This document shows positions 28,101 through 40,900 of a DNA stretch of 64,000 nt, piece by piece. Positions within the stretch are counted from its first letter, which is position 1. Each line of letters starts with the position of its first letter. The position numbers and the translations under genes are program-made. The DNA is taken from positions 225,439,741 to 225,503,740 of the forward strand of contig CM041465.1 of assembly GCA_023213395.1 (NCBI GenBank), written 5' to 3'. Source of the stretch: Cycas panzhihuaensis. Its lineage: Eukaryota > Plantae > Cycadophyta. Below the pieces are notes generated by a model that saw only the letters and a list, made by a program, of their open reading frames with translations, did no database searches and had not been told where the DNA came from.

Positions 28101-30367
28101 CCTTCTATTTCTATTGATTTAGTTTCTAATGATGGTGAGCCCACATGTTATCAGGAAGCAGTAGATGATATCCATGGAGAGAAGTGGATAAGGGCTATGC
28201 AGGAAGAGATAGATGCCTTGAAGAAAAATAATTCATGGGACTTGGTAGAACTTCCACATGGCAGGAAGACTGTTGGTTGCATGTGCGTTTTCAAAAAGAA
28301 AACAGATGTTGATGGAAAGGTAGATAAATACAGGGCAAGATTGGTGGGTAAAGGTTTTGCACAGAAAGCAGGTATTGACTTTCATGAGATCTTTTCACCA
28401 ATTGTTAAACTTGTTTCAATTCGAGTGTTGTTAGCATTAGTAGCTTCTCTCGATTTGGAGTTGGAGCAGTTAGATGTAAAAACAACTTTTCTACATGGAG
28501 ATTTAGATGAGGAGATCTATATGGATCAACCAGAAGGGTTTGTACAAGATGGCAAGAAAAGACTTGTTTGCAGGCTCAGGAAATCATTGTATGGTTTGAA
28601 GCAATCACCCAGGCAGTGGTACAAGAAGTTTGATGCCTTCATGGAGAGCCAAAGTTTCAAAAGAAGTGAGTATGACCATTGTGTTAACTCTAAATTTATG
28701 GACAATGGCTTATTCATTATCTTGGTGTTATATGTTGATGACATGCTGGTTGCAAGCAAGAGCATGGAAGAAATCAATAAGCTAAAGGCTCAATTGGCTA
28801 GGACGTTTGATATGAAGGATCTAGGAGCTGCAAAACAAATCTTAGGCATGGAGATACACAGAGACAGGAAAAATGGTAAGCTATGGTTATCACAACAGAA
28901 ATATGTAGAGAAGGTGCTAACCAGGTTTGGTATGGCAAATGTGAAACCAGTGAGTATCCCATTGGCTTCACACTTCAAGCTTTCTTCGAATATGAGTCCT
29001 AGTAGCAAAGAAGAAAAGGCTTATATATCTCGTGTGTCTTATGCCAGTGCAGTAGGAAGTTTGATGTATGCCATGGTATGTACAAGACATGATATTTTAC
29101 ATGCAGTCGGTGTAGTTAGTAGGTTTATGGCAAATCTAGGAAAGGAACATTGGGTTGCAGTGAAATGGGTGCTTCGGTATTTGAGAGGCACGAGTGACTA
29201 CTGCATCACCTTTGGAGGTACAGTGTCGTGTTTGTGGATATGTCAATTCAGACTTTGCAGGAGATTTAGACAAAAGAAGGTCTACTTCAGGTTATGTTTT
29301 TACTCTTGCAAATGGTCCAATTAGTTGGATGTCCAAATTGCAGAGCACAATTGCACTGTCAACCACGAAAGTTGAATATGTTGTCAAAGACATGCTTGTA
29401 AAGAAGCAACTGTTCTGGTCTATTGGTTGAGCTTGGAAGGAGACAGGAAAATGTAAAGGTATTTTGTGACAGTCAAAGTGCCATTTACTTAGCCAAGAAT
29501 CCAGCTTATCACAGTAGAACAAAGCATATTACTCTTAAGTACCATTTCGTTAGATAGGTTGTGGAAGCAGGTGGAGTGGCACTTGAGAAGATTCACACCA
29601 ATCAGAATTATGCTGATATATTCACAAAACCAGTACCAGTAGAGAAGTTCAAATGGTGTTTGACTTCTCTTGGCTTCAAGAAAAGATGATGAAGAGTCTA
29701 GAAAAGGTACCGGGTAATTGTTATCAAGGTGGAGATTGTTGGATATTGTGACAATAATTATGGGGCTAAAATTATGGCATATTTTCGGCGCGGTTTCCCC
29801 CCCTAATCTTTCTCAGGGGGTTCCAAGGGGCTTGGCCGGGGGATGCAGGGGTGTGGAACGCCCCTCGCTAGGAGGGGGTTTGGAAGTGATAGCCCCCGAC
29901 CCGAAAAATTAGCCATGTAAACCTTATCAAAATATAAAGAGAATCAGGGTCGTTCGATACAAATATCCTAGATTCTACGGTTGAGATTTAGGTCTTGGAT
30001 GTTCCTCTCATATAGCCCGTTTTAGGGCTTTTCTTATTATGTTGTAATGTAATGCAATGTACTGTGATGAGGGCGGTGGCTGGTTGTTGTTCTTGAGAGC
30101 ACTCTGTAACTGAGATGTACTGTTTCTCCATTCTACAACAATAAAGATCGATACCTTTCCTGTGTGAATGTTTCCCTAGCACACTGCTAGGGTTTTACCA
30201 CGTTATATTGAGTGCATATGTAGTGTTTGGCTTTCATTTTCATGTTATTGTATAATCTCTGATTTTAGAACTTGCATGTAGTTTTAAGTTTCGATTTCTG
30301 TAACTAGTTGTAAGAATGCAATAGATCTTGGTGGCTGTTAAATGGTTGGGACCCTGTATTCTCAACA
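25111..30367 (+). mobile_element. Ty1/Copia element C (Tnt1/Tork-like), inserted in the gag of B
   Basis: LTRs 25111-25731 and 29737-30367. TSD atttg at 25106-25110 and 30368-30372. PBS tggtatcagag 25734-25744; PPT tcaaggtggagat. Confidence 0.95.
25803..29689 (+). pseudogene. Copia C gag-pol (gag, PR WLLDSGASHHM, IN, RT YVDDML, RNase H), interrupted by stops and frameshifts
   Basis: ORF-track fragments 25692-25967, 26004-26345, 26594-27055, 27009-27347, 27426-29324 (632 aa) and 29194-29430. KFEVEKFNGKNN N-terminus is Tnt1-like. Confidence 0.92.
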
Positions 30368-33300
30368 ATTTGTTGAGGGAAGTGTATGAAAAGAGCCTTG
30401 AAGTGCAGAAGACTGTTAGAAAGACAAACAAATTTTGTGTTGCAGGTAACAAGGATGAAGTAGGAAAGAGGGTTACTCATGGAGAACCAACTATGTGCAA
30501 CAACCTAACTAAGAACAGAAAAAGAAGATGAAGAGGAAAGCAAAAAGGGGGAATACAAATAATCATGTTGATTCTGGTAAGGATAAAGTTCTTATAGACT
30601 CATCTGATGTTCTTAAGAAAGTTGAAAAGATAGGTGAACCTATTTCTAAGAATAGGTCCTCTATTGTTGAGGAAATAAGTAAACATAATGATTGTGAACC
30701 CTTGGTGCACATTCCTAGATGATCATCATTTGAAATCTGAGGAAGAAAATAAAAATGAAGATTTGAAGATTGAGAAGAATATTATCTCATCAAACACCAC
30801 GAGCCTCAGCATGTTGATAGGAAAAACTGCATTGAAAATTATTGGAAGAATGAAGATTGAAAAACTTGAAAGTGACTTTAGACATTATCTTTTACAGGTG
30901 GTATATCATGGAGACACAACTACCTTGATGGCAAGTTTGGGTAACATTACCTTAATTTGTGATAATAAATGTGTTGCTAGGCTCCAAATAATGTTAGGTC
31001 ATATAGTTGTATGTACATGCATAGGACTTTGTATGATCACATTCAATATGACAACATTTTCTGGTTTAATCCTTGAAAGAATTCAAATTGTGTCAACATA
31101 TCCTGCAATGACTTTAGAAGATTCATTCAAAGAAAGAAATGACGTAGTTGGAATGTCATTTGGTTCGAATCTTGTCCATTGAGATTGTTGTATATTTTGG
31201 GCAGGTTACTTAGTCATGAAAGTCAATCATGTTGAAGTGATATACTATCTTTATGTAGTCATAATTGGGAAATATGTACATGTGATTCATCATATTTGGC
31301 ACAAAAGATCCCTTGGATGATATAGAGAAAAAATATTTTGTTAGTTTAGGACAAGTACCTGCACTTGTAGAGCTAGGAAAGAAATCATTGTCTCTCCTTT
31401 CGTTTCATGAGAATATTTATTGGTTTAATGAGTTGATCATACTTGCTGTCGTGGAGACAAATAAGGAGGAATCCTTTCTTTTCATGGAAATCCTAAAATC
31501 CAAATCTCATGTTGTCACGTTAGACTTTGGAGATAATAATTAGAAGAGATCACACCTGCAGTTGGAATAGTCGACATCAGAGCAAAACAAGAGATGATGC
31601 AATGTATGACATATAGGCTTTGTTACATTTCAGTCAAAGATCAAGCACATGACATCGTCTTTAGGAAGATTCCCAGACTGAAGCGGAGCGAATTCAAACA
31701 ACATCTCATGTCAAGTCTTGTGTCAGTCTTATTGTAAGTCCTTAGTGCTAGGTGTCATGATGTCTTTAGTATCCAATTTTGTGGTCTTGGCATTAAACAT
31801 TAAGGGGAGGTGTTGAAAGATAATGTTTAATGTATTTAGGTATAAGTTATGTCTTAAGGATTAATGTGGTAGTCCTAAGTCTTATGTGATGGTCTATAAT
31901 GATATTGTCTAAAGTCTAATAGGGATGTTAAGTGATGTCATTAAGCATGTTTATATGTAACACCTAATTAGTTGGTAAGGTGGTTGTTCTTTTTGGTTGG
32001 AGGACTTAATGACAAGTCCAAGTATAAATATGTATTCGTTCTTCTTCAATAATGATGAATATATCAAAGTTTGATACCAATGTTTTAACATTAAGAAGAT
32101 ATACCCAATGTTTTCTTGTATAGTTATCAATAAAAGTGATGAGGTACTATCCTCCTCCATATGAAGATGGTGAAATAAGACCACATAAGTTAGAGTGAAT
32201 TAACTTTAACGTTTCCTTAGCTTACCACTTGGACTTTTGGAAAGGTTCCCAATGTTGCATCCCGAGTGTGCACATGCTTCGTAAACTTTGTCAGTCCTTT
32301 TTGCTAATAGTAAATCAGCTACCATTCTCAGTCTATGCATAAACTGAAGACTGGAGTAGTTCAAATGACCATAACGATCATGCCACAGAGTGTCAACAGA
32401 GTAATATGAAACAAGACTGTGCTCATATGTTTCAAAGAATTTATAAACACCATTCTCTTGAACACCTTGAACTATTACAACATCTTCTTTCTTTATCAAA
32501 CACTTTGACTCAATGAACTCTACTTTAATGTTTTGTTTTGTGATACAACTGATAGAAAGCAAATTGTGCTTAAAGGAGGGCACAAGCAAAACATTCAAAA
32601 CCTTAAATGTCCCATATTTAGGTTGACAAATATTGACGGTGCCACATCCTATAACTTGATGTTGATTGTTATTGCCAAGTACAATGGGAGGAAGTTGACA
32701 ATCTTCCAAGTCTTCAATCTAATCCTTGCGATAAATGATATGTTTAGATGCGCCATAGTGTACATACCACTCGCATAAATTTGGATTTGTAGTGTTAAAA
32801 CAAACACTTTGTCATCATCATTTGTAGAGAGAGTAGAAGTGTTTTTCTTTTTAATCTCATCTCTTCTTCTAACATTGTTTCTCTAAATATTTTTTTTTAC
32901 TACAATATTTGCAAACAATATCACGTTTTAAGTTTTGTGAATTGTGTTTGCTATTGCTGCTTTGTGATTGTTGCTTGGGAGGATTATTTGGTGTTTTCTT
33001 TTTAAATTTTGATGAAAGAACCATTGTACTATTGCTTTCACCACCATAAAACTCAATTCACTATTCTTCATGTAGCAATAAACCACCCAACTCATCAAAA
33101 GAAAGAGGTGCAGGTCAGCTTGTGAGACACAAGCTTGTTACAAAGATGTGATTGCTTTCATGCAAGCTATTTAGAGTAATGGTGACCAACTCTTTATCTT
33201 CAATATTTTCACATACAACAACAAATTTTTCTCTTATCTCTTTCAATTTTTGTAGATGAAAAGAGAGAGAGTCAGTAATGAACATTTTACAAGAGCAAAG

Positions 33301-35478
33301 AAAGTTACAAAGATATAAGATTCTTGTCTTATTCATTTCGAATAACTCCTTAAGAGTGTTCCATGCTTCAACTACATAATTCTTGCCTTAAAGATGAGTA
33401 ATTAACTCATCTGATACTGACAAATTAATGATTGCTAGTGCTCTAAGATTTTTGGCTTCCCAAGCTGCTGGTTCAAGGTCATCAACTAGTTTAGTTTTTA
33501 GCTTAGTGTCTTTCTTCAACAACTTTTTTTAGTTTATGCAAAGCTAAGATGTTGAAAATTTTAAATCTCCAAATTACTCAATTTTTTCTATCTAATTTAT
33601 GTGATTTTGGTAAAATATAACTAGCAATATTCACAGAAGATATGATAAAAAACGCTTAAAATGGAGAAAAACTTATAAACCAATTATTAAATGACCACAA
33701 GTATGAATAAAAAAACGTAATACTCAGTGATTGCAAGGTCTTTTACAGACTCTAGACAGAAATTGAGCTTTAAAAAGGTAAAAAATTATAGTGAAAAACC
33801 CTTTTAAGAGGTCAAAATGATTAAATAAAGGATAAAATACTTTTAAATAACTTAACTTTAGACTAAAAGTTAAATTAAAATAAAAATAATCTCTAAATAT
33901 TCTAATTTGTATAACATAAAGTTATAAATTTTAGAAAAAAAATTAATTTTTATCAAAAAAATAATTGTATAGGTTGGGCAACGATTTTTTTCACCTTCAA
34001 ATTGTGATTTCTCATAGCACAGGCGTCAGATTCTGACAAAACTTTAGGTGCAGACTTATAATGTTGTGAGGATCACAACTAGTACCTTGTGTTTAGGGTT
34101 TCATGCAAGCGTTTCCTTGCAATTGCATCTCTAGTCTTCACGTGGGCTGACAATCGACCAAAAGCACATAGTGAGATTCAATGTGTTTCTTTTGTGCTAA
34201 AATCATGCATTGAGCATGCTAGTGATCACTTAACACAATGAGGATAGCAGTGAAGATGAACCAAAGCTACCAAATGAGGGAGAGAGCAAAGAAACGACAT
34301 CCATGAAGTTGAAATATGCCCATGGGAGTCATAACATGCCCACGAGGGCCGTACGTACTCACAGAGTCGTACACGTCCATGATAAAATTAGAGTTGAGGA
34401 GTCTCACTAGTAAGAGTGCCCAACAATGCTTGAGACAGTCATACGATGACAACACTCAATTTGGTTCTAATACCATGTTAGAGAAGATGGATAGGAGCAG
34501 AACTCACAACATTAGCCACATGCATACACAATAAGAAATGAGAAAATATTAGTGAATCACAACTCTCCAAAATTTCATAGATTCAAAATAATGAATTACA
34601 TCAGACATACATAGAGCTATATATCTTACATGTTCACTAATGGCTTACCTTATTTTAAGGTGGGCTCCTTCTATAATTTATGGTGGACACTTAGTCACCA
34701 CTTTGATTTCTTTTAATCCCCTTCATTAATGACTTATGTAGGAATATTCCAATGACATAAAAGATGAACTTAAGTGAACATTTAATGTGAATGGACGTTA
34801 CTTCGAACATACCCTTCCAATTGATTATGAAATCTTGCACATTCATTATGCCTTTCCTCTCTTTCTCCATTGGTTACACATCAATGTCAGTCAATGCAAC
34901 ATGATGAAAAGGCAAAATCACAATATATTATTAGAAAGATACCATTAACTGAAGCTATTTCATAGCCACAATCAATAATAAGAGAAGATGCAAAATTGCT
35001 CACACTCTGATGGATTTAATCATTTACCCCACAACTAGATTTATATGCTATAGTCTTTGTCAGCTCTCAGGAGTTGCAACCCTTCTATCAATCACAGTTA
35101 AGAATTGATTTACTATTTTGCTTTACACATATTAATGAGAAATATTGAAACCAATACCAACAATTAATTAGGTACTGAAAACTGTCATGTTTTTTTGCTG
35201 TCAACTTGGTTATTTCTTTTTTTCTTTTTTGATAAGGTTTAAATTAAGGGGGGTTTTGAAGGGGACCCCAACCCCTTACATCAACTGCCCCTTGGGCCAC
35301 AAGACGCTGTCGTGACAAGCCCATGGCCTAGTTGGATCCCGCGTCAAAACCCAAACACATGCTCTCCCATGCCATCGATAAGCCGGATGGCTAGCTATGA
35401 CTGCCCCAACATACCTAGGGCAGGAACCTATCTGTTTTCAAGCCCTTCTATGTCCTTCTTAACCAAAGCCAAAATCCC

Positions 35479-38400
35479 CTAAGGGATCATATCTTTCCAA
35501 CATTCGTACCTTTTGGTTTGAACACCCCAGTTGGCCAAACCGTCAACAACCCCGTTACCTTCTCTGTATGTATGGATCATTTGGACTTCAGATCTTATAC
35601 TGAGAATCTCCTTAACATCGTTTATGCGAGTTCTATATCTCCAATCAGGGTCGTCCTCCCCCTTAATTAGCTTAATTATATTCAACGAATCCCCTTCAAT
35701 AATGACCCTATCATGGCCTTCCTGCGGTATCATATCAACCGCTTTACACATAGCTTCCAGCTCAGTTCGATGGTTGGATTGGGAACCATAGTAATCCGTG
35801 AAAGCCCATATCACCTTCCCTTCCGAATTCCTGCACACACCACCACCCCCAACTTCTCCTGGATTACCTTTCGCAGCACCATCAAAATTTATTTTCACCG
35901 AGCCATTTGGTGAGGGGATCCATTGACACCTCCTGCTTGATTTCGGCTTGACCTTAACGCTTATCCCCCATTTTTTCATTATTCTTGTATCCTCGAGGCT
36001 GATCTGATTTTCCTCTTCAACCTTCAGGGTCTCTTTAACATTCCCTAAAATTATCCCAAAAAGCTTATGCTCATCCATATGCTTATCTTGAAAAATTCTT
36101 CTATTTCCTTCTTTCCAGAGATTCCACATCATCACTGAAATGGATATTGACCAAATAGACTTCAGAGCTCTACTTCTAAAGGGGCATATCCAAGAGGAGG
36201 CCAGATCCCCCATCGAACCAGGAAGGACCCAAACGACCCCAAGGGCATTCCACAACAGCTTCCATACCTCCCTTGAGTATGTGCAGTGAAGCAGAATGTG
36301 ATCACGAGTCTCTTCCTCCTCCCTGCACAAAATGCATCTGCTCACCATGACAACGTCTCTTGTTCTCAGATTATCGGTTGTTAATATTTTGTTTCTAAGG
36401 CACAACCACCAAAAGATAACAATCTTGGGGATTAACCCCAGATTCCAAACTCCACCAAGAACCTTATTTTCACTGATACCTCTATCCAAAAGTAGTGCCA
36501 TATAACCCGTCTTCATTGTATAGTCCCCTGAGGGGGACCCATGCCAAACCATCGCATCCTCTCTTGGGGATTTAGGGATATACTGTTTTCTCAAGCTCAG
36601 GTTTTAAGAAAACTATTTGATCACCACCCACATACTCGAGGGGGAGGTCCTTAAAGCTCCTCCAGATTTTTCCTTCTTCTTGCGATTCCCAGTAGTCTTT
36701 TACCTTCCTCCCATAAGTCCTCTCACAGATATTCTGGAGAGCTACTAAGGACGATCTCTCCTTCAATGGGGGCCTACCACACCAGATGTCCTCCCATGTT
36801 TTATTTTTTTCTCCATTCCCCAAGGTCCACTCCACCCCATCTGCAAGCATCTTTCTCACCCATGTAAGGCTTCTCCAGATCTCGGAGCCACCTTTCCCAG
36901 AGAGATCGTCCGCCGAGTACTTTCTGTGTCTAAGATATTTCTGATTAATAATTCTACCCCAGAATTTTTCTCACCCTTAGCAAGGCTTCAACCCATTTTT
37001 GCCACCAAAGCTTTGTTAAAGTAGGAAATATCCTTCACATTAAGACCACCTGCCTTCTTGGGAAGGCATACTTTCTCCCAGGCCACGAGATGAATTCTAT
37101 CTCTATCCTCTGTTCTAGACCACAAGAACCTTTTCTGAATAGATTCCAGAACACTAACAATCTTTTTCGGACATCTCAACAGAGACAACATATACAATAT
37201 AACACTCTGAAGAGAGGCAGTCAACAGTTGTAGCTTACTAGCTTGACTCAATAGTGCCCCTTTCCAGCCCGCCAACTTCCTTTGAATACGGTAGATAATG
37301 GGATTCTAAAGCTCCTTTTCCAGTTTACCAACAAAAAGGGGCAGACCTAGGAACAAAGAAGCTAGCCTCCTAATGGGCATGCCCAAGATCCTACTAATAA
37401 CACCTCGAGTCCTTACCAAGGTATTCAAGAAGAATATACAGCTCTTATTGAGGTTGATCTTCTAGTTAGTAGCGTCCTTGAACCTAACTAACTCTTCTTT
37501 GATCGCTTTGGCCTTTGCAATTGCAACCTTGCCCAATATTATATTATCGTCCACAAAATGGCGGTGGACCACATTATCCATACCTGACGTAGGCTTTTGG
37601 CCTTTTAACTTCCTAGTTCCTCTAGCAACCTCCAGAGCCCTACCTAGCATTTCAACCATTATGATAAAGAGATAGGGTGTTAAGGGGTCTCCTTGCTGTA
37701 GGCCTCTAAACCCGGGGAAGAAGGCTGGCGACGTTCCATTTACCAACATTGAGAATTCTGAGCTCACAATACAACTTTTAATCCAATTCTCCATACACTC
37801 ATTAACCCCAAAAGCTCTGATACATTCCAATAAACAATCCCAAGATACCCTATCATAAGCTTTTGAAAGGTCAATTTTTACGATCATACCAGGTTCCTTC
37901 TTTTGAGACGTTGAGTGAACCGTTTCATGAACCATAATTATACCATCCAGGATTTGCCTCCCTTTAACAAATCAATTTTGGTTAGGAGCAATTATCAAAG
38001 GGAGAATTCCTTTTAGCCTGTGGGGAAGGATTTTCGTCAGGATCTTATATTTCACGTTGCACAGACTTATGGGTCTGAAGTCTTCCATCTTATTGGCATC
38101 TCCTTTCTTCGGAATCAGAGCCAGGAAAGTGGCTTGCCACTCCCCATGAATCTTGCCATTATTATAGAAATCAGAGACCGCCTCAAGGAAATCCTCCTTG
38201 ATTATGCCCCAATATTCTTGGAAAAAACCCGGAGGGAAGCCATATGGGCCAGGGGCTTTCTCCTTTTTCATACCAAACACTGCCTTCCTGACCTCCTCCA
38301 GAGAGAAAGGTTCTTCAAGAGCTTTGTTCCAATCCTCCCCCACAATCTTGGGTATCATGTTTAATATCTCTCTCCTAGCCTCAACATTTTTACACCCAGG

Positions 38401-39632
38401 TTCATTAAACAACTCCCTGAAATAGTCCACCGCCACCTCCTTTATCCCTTTTTGATTATTTATTTCCTCACCTTCTTTGTTGATCATCATCCTGATGTGG
38501 TTGCCCGACCTATGTTTCAAGGTAGTCATGTGGAAGAATTTTGTATTTCTATCGCCTTTAGCTAACCACAAGGCTCTAGACTTTTGTCTCCAGTGAATTT
38601 CTTCCTTTGCTAGGACATCCTCCAACTTAGCTTAAAGGTCTCTCTCTTCTTGATCTAAATAGATGGATCTACCTTCTTCATGAATTTTCACTTCCGGCCT
38701 CTTAAGTTCTTTCATGATTTGTTTTTTTGTTTCAAATATGTTTCAGAATACACATTTATTTCATTCTTTTACCTAAGTCTTTATCCATTTCAGTTTTTTT
38801 GAGAATCTAAGCATTGCACATCCATCGGTTGGATGTTTCCACCACTCTGCAATCAAGTCGCGAAGGTCGGGGTCCTTTATCCACATCATCTCAAATCTAA
38901 AAGGGGGTCCCATGAACTTCTTTTTATCAGCAAAACTTAAAATCAACGGGGAGTGATCTGAGACTGATTTGGACGCCGTTTCCAAAATAATGTTGCTGTA
39001 CAGGCTGGCGCAGGCATAATTTATTAGGACTTTGCCCAACCTAACTTGGATATGGTGTTCCCCGAGTCTTCTATTAGACCAGGTATACTTCAACCCACGA
39101 AGAGGAATATGCATCACACCTCCCTTTTGTATAAACTCCCCTAGGTCTTCCATGCTCTTGGTCCAACCCCCCTGCCCACCTTTCTTTTCTCTAGGAGATA
39201 GGGCCGTATTCATGTCCCCAGCTATCAACTAAGGGCCCCTCCAATCCTTATGGACCCCCAATAATCTTTCCCATAGCAGTTTCCTGCCGTCATGCGTTAA
39301 TGGGGCATAGACATTCATAACTAACCATTTTAGGTTAGATTTTTACACGTTAGCCAGTTGGACAGAAAGTGCTCCTCAGAGGTACATATTTTCCCTTCCC
39401 AACATCTAGGGTTCCATAAGGTAACTAGGCCACCAGAGCCTCTATTCCCATCTCTCACATTCATACCTGCTCCCCTCCATACCTTGTTGAGAATAGCATC
39501 CCTGTGCCCCTCCTCAAGCTTAGTTTCTTGTAAAAGAAGGATGTCTAGCTCATATCTGGCTCGTAATTCTTTGGCCATTCTATATTTAGAGGGGCCATTA
39601 ATACCCTTAATATTCTAGGAGGCAAGATTCAT
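35479..39632 (-). pseudogene. LINE ORF2 relic
   Basis: EN (LLLQETKL, GDMN, SDHSP), RT (KAPGP, FRPISLCN, KIDLSKAYDRV, GLQQGDPL, FVDD), zf-RVT (CILC...ETRDHILLHC) and RNase H (KINFDGAAKGNPG, IIEGDS, HTYREGNGVVDGLA). Multiple stops. Confidence 0.93.
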
Positions 39633-39661
39633 AATGCCCCCTCCTTCTCCCTCAGCTTGAT

Positions 39662-40900
39662 TCAACATTTTTTGCTTCTTAGTCTGGGCCCCTGCCCACC
39701 GATATCCCTAAGGGTTCTTTGACTCCCTTGATCCATTTGAGTTGCTACCTTTCTTTCTCTCACGATTTTTGAGGATGGTCTACTTGGTCTCTTTTCACTT
39801 CCTAGGTCTGGAGCTTTTATTTGTTCTTGATCTTTGGGATCCTCTTGCACACATTTTCTGACTTTCCAGATTCTCTCTACCTTTCGGTCCACCTGGAGGA
39901 CGCTAGGTTCTTCTTGCGGTCCTTCCCCCACCTCTAGTGGGGATACCTTTTCAACAGTGTCTAATTCCTTTTCTTGAGTCTGTGCACTTTTAACAATAAA
40001 TCCTTTCTCCTTTCCTTCAATCTCCCCTTCTTCAAAGAGAGTATCCTCCTTTTCTAAGTCAAGATCTTTCACAAGATCTCCCAAGGAATCATCTTTCTCC
40101 CCAATTTCTACTGGAATTGGGTCCTTTACCTTTTTCTCAGCATCAATAAGGGACATGTCTTCTCTTCCTCCCTCACTAGGTTCTTGGGGTATAGACTCCG
40201 TTTCTTCCTCCTCTTCTTATATCCTTGAAGCCCCAGGGCAACTCTGAGGGAGATGACCTTGACGCTTACAAGATAAGCACCTAACATTCTCCAATTCAAA
40301 TATTAGCTTTTGGTCCTTACACCAACCTTCACCTTATCCTTCAAGGGTCTGTCCAACCTGGCCAAGGCACAAAACCTAGTGTTCACCATCCTACTCCTGT
40401 TCTTCGTAGCCGAATCAACTGCCAGGAGGGGACCAATGACTTTTGCAACTCCTTTGATGACATTCAGATCCCAAGTTTGAAGAGGAAGGCCTGGTAACTG
40501 AACCCATAAGGGAGTTTGTCTCACGCAGCCTTTTGTCGGATCAAAGTCCGGATGCCACTTTTCCAGTAAAACAACCTTTCTCTCCATCATCCAGGGGGAC
40601 TTCAGGAGGATGCTTATCATATCTTCTTTGTTCAAAAATTTAAATAGCACACACCCTTTCGAAAGTGCTACCACCTCCACTATACCTTTCAGTTTCCACC
40701 TCTGGTTAACCCATTTTCTGATAGGGTCCACGCCTGGCCTGGGACCAGAAAAACGTCCAACTAGGCTATTCTCCCAGTGTTTTTCCATATGATCATATAA
40801 CCTTTTGGGAACTGGGATTGTAATGTCATCTCCTTCAATGATGGGGTTTATCTCAAAAGACTTCAAGGACTCCGACTCTCCATTTTTGAGAACTTCTAGA
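39662..40900 (-). pseudogene. LINE ORF1 relic (DUF4283-like domain and zinc-knuckle region)
   Basis: WENSLVGRFSGPRP...LKSPWMM...PLWVQLPGLPLQTW is typical of plant L1 ORF1. Confidence 0.85.

Larger units (their letters stand above)
22438..32090 (+). mobile_element. Non-autonomous Copia element B inserted in the integrase of A
   Basis: LTRs 22438-22732 and 31811-32090 (tgttg...aaca). TSD ttaag at 22433-22437 and 32091-32095. PBS tggtatcagagc 22733-22744; PPT aaggggagg before 31811. gag relic (LPKYIGTNF*IWKIKMEC...AKEAWNL|LREVYE) reads through across the C insertion. No intact IN/RT. Confidence 0.9.
19605..34809 (-). mobile_element. Ty1/Copia element A (outermost member of the nest), degenerate
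   Basis: LTRs 19605-19948 and 34476-34809. Degenerate PBS gttctaatacca at 34464-34475. Minus-strand gag (33115-33336), protease/GAG-pre-integrase (32206-32709), integrase (21898-22131), RT YIDDLII (20947-21231) and RNase H (20269-20475) fragments. TSD imperfect (aaccc/taccc). Confidence 0.9.
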
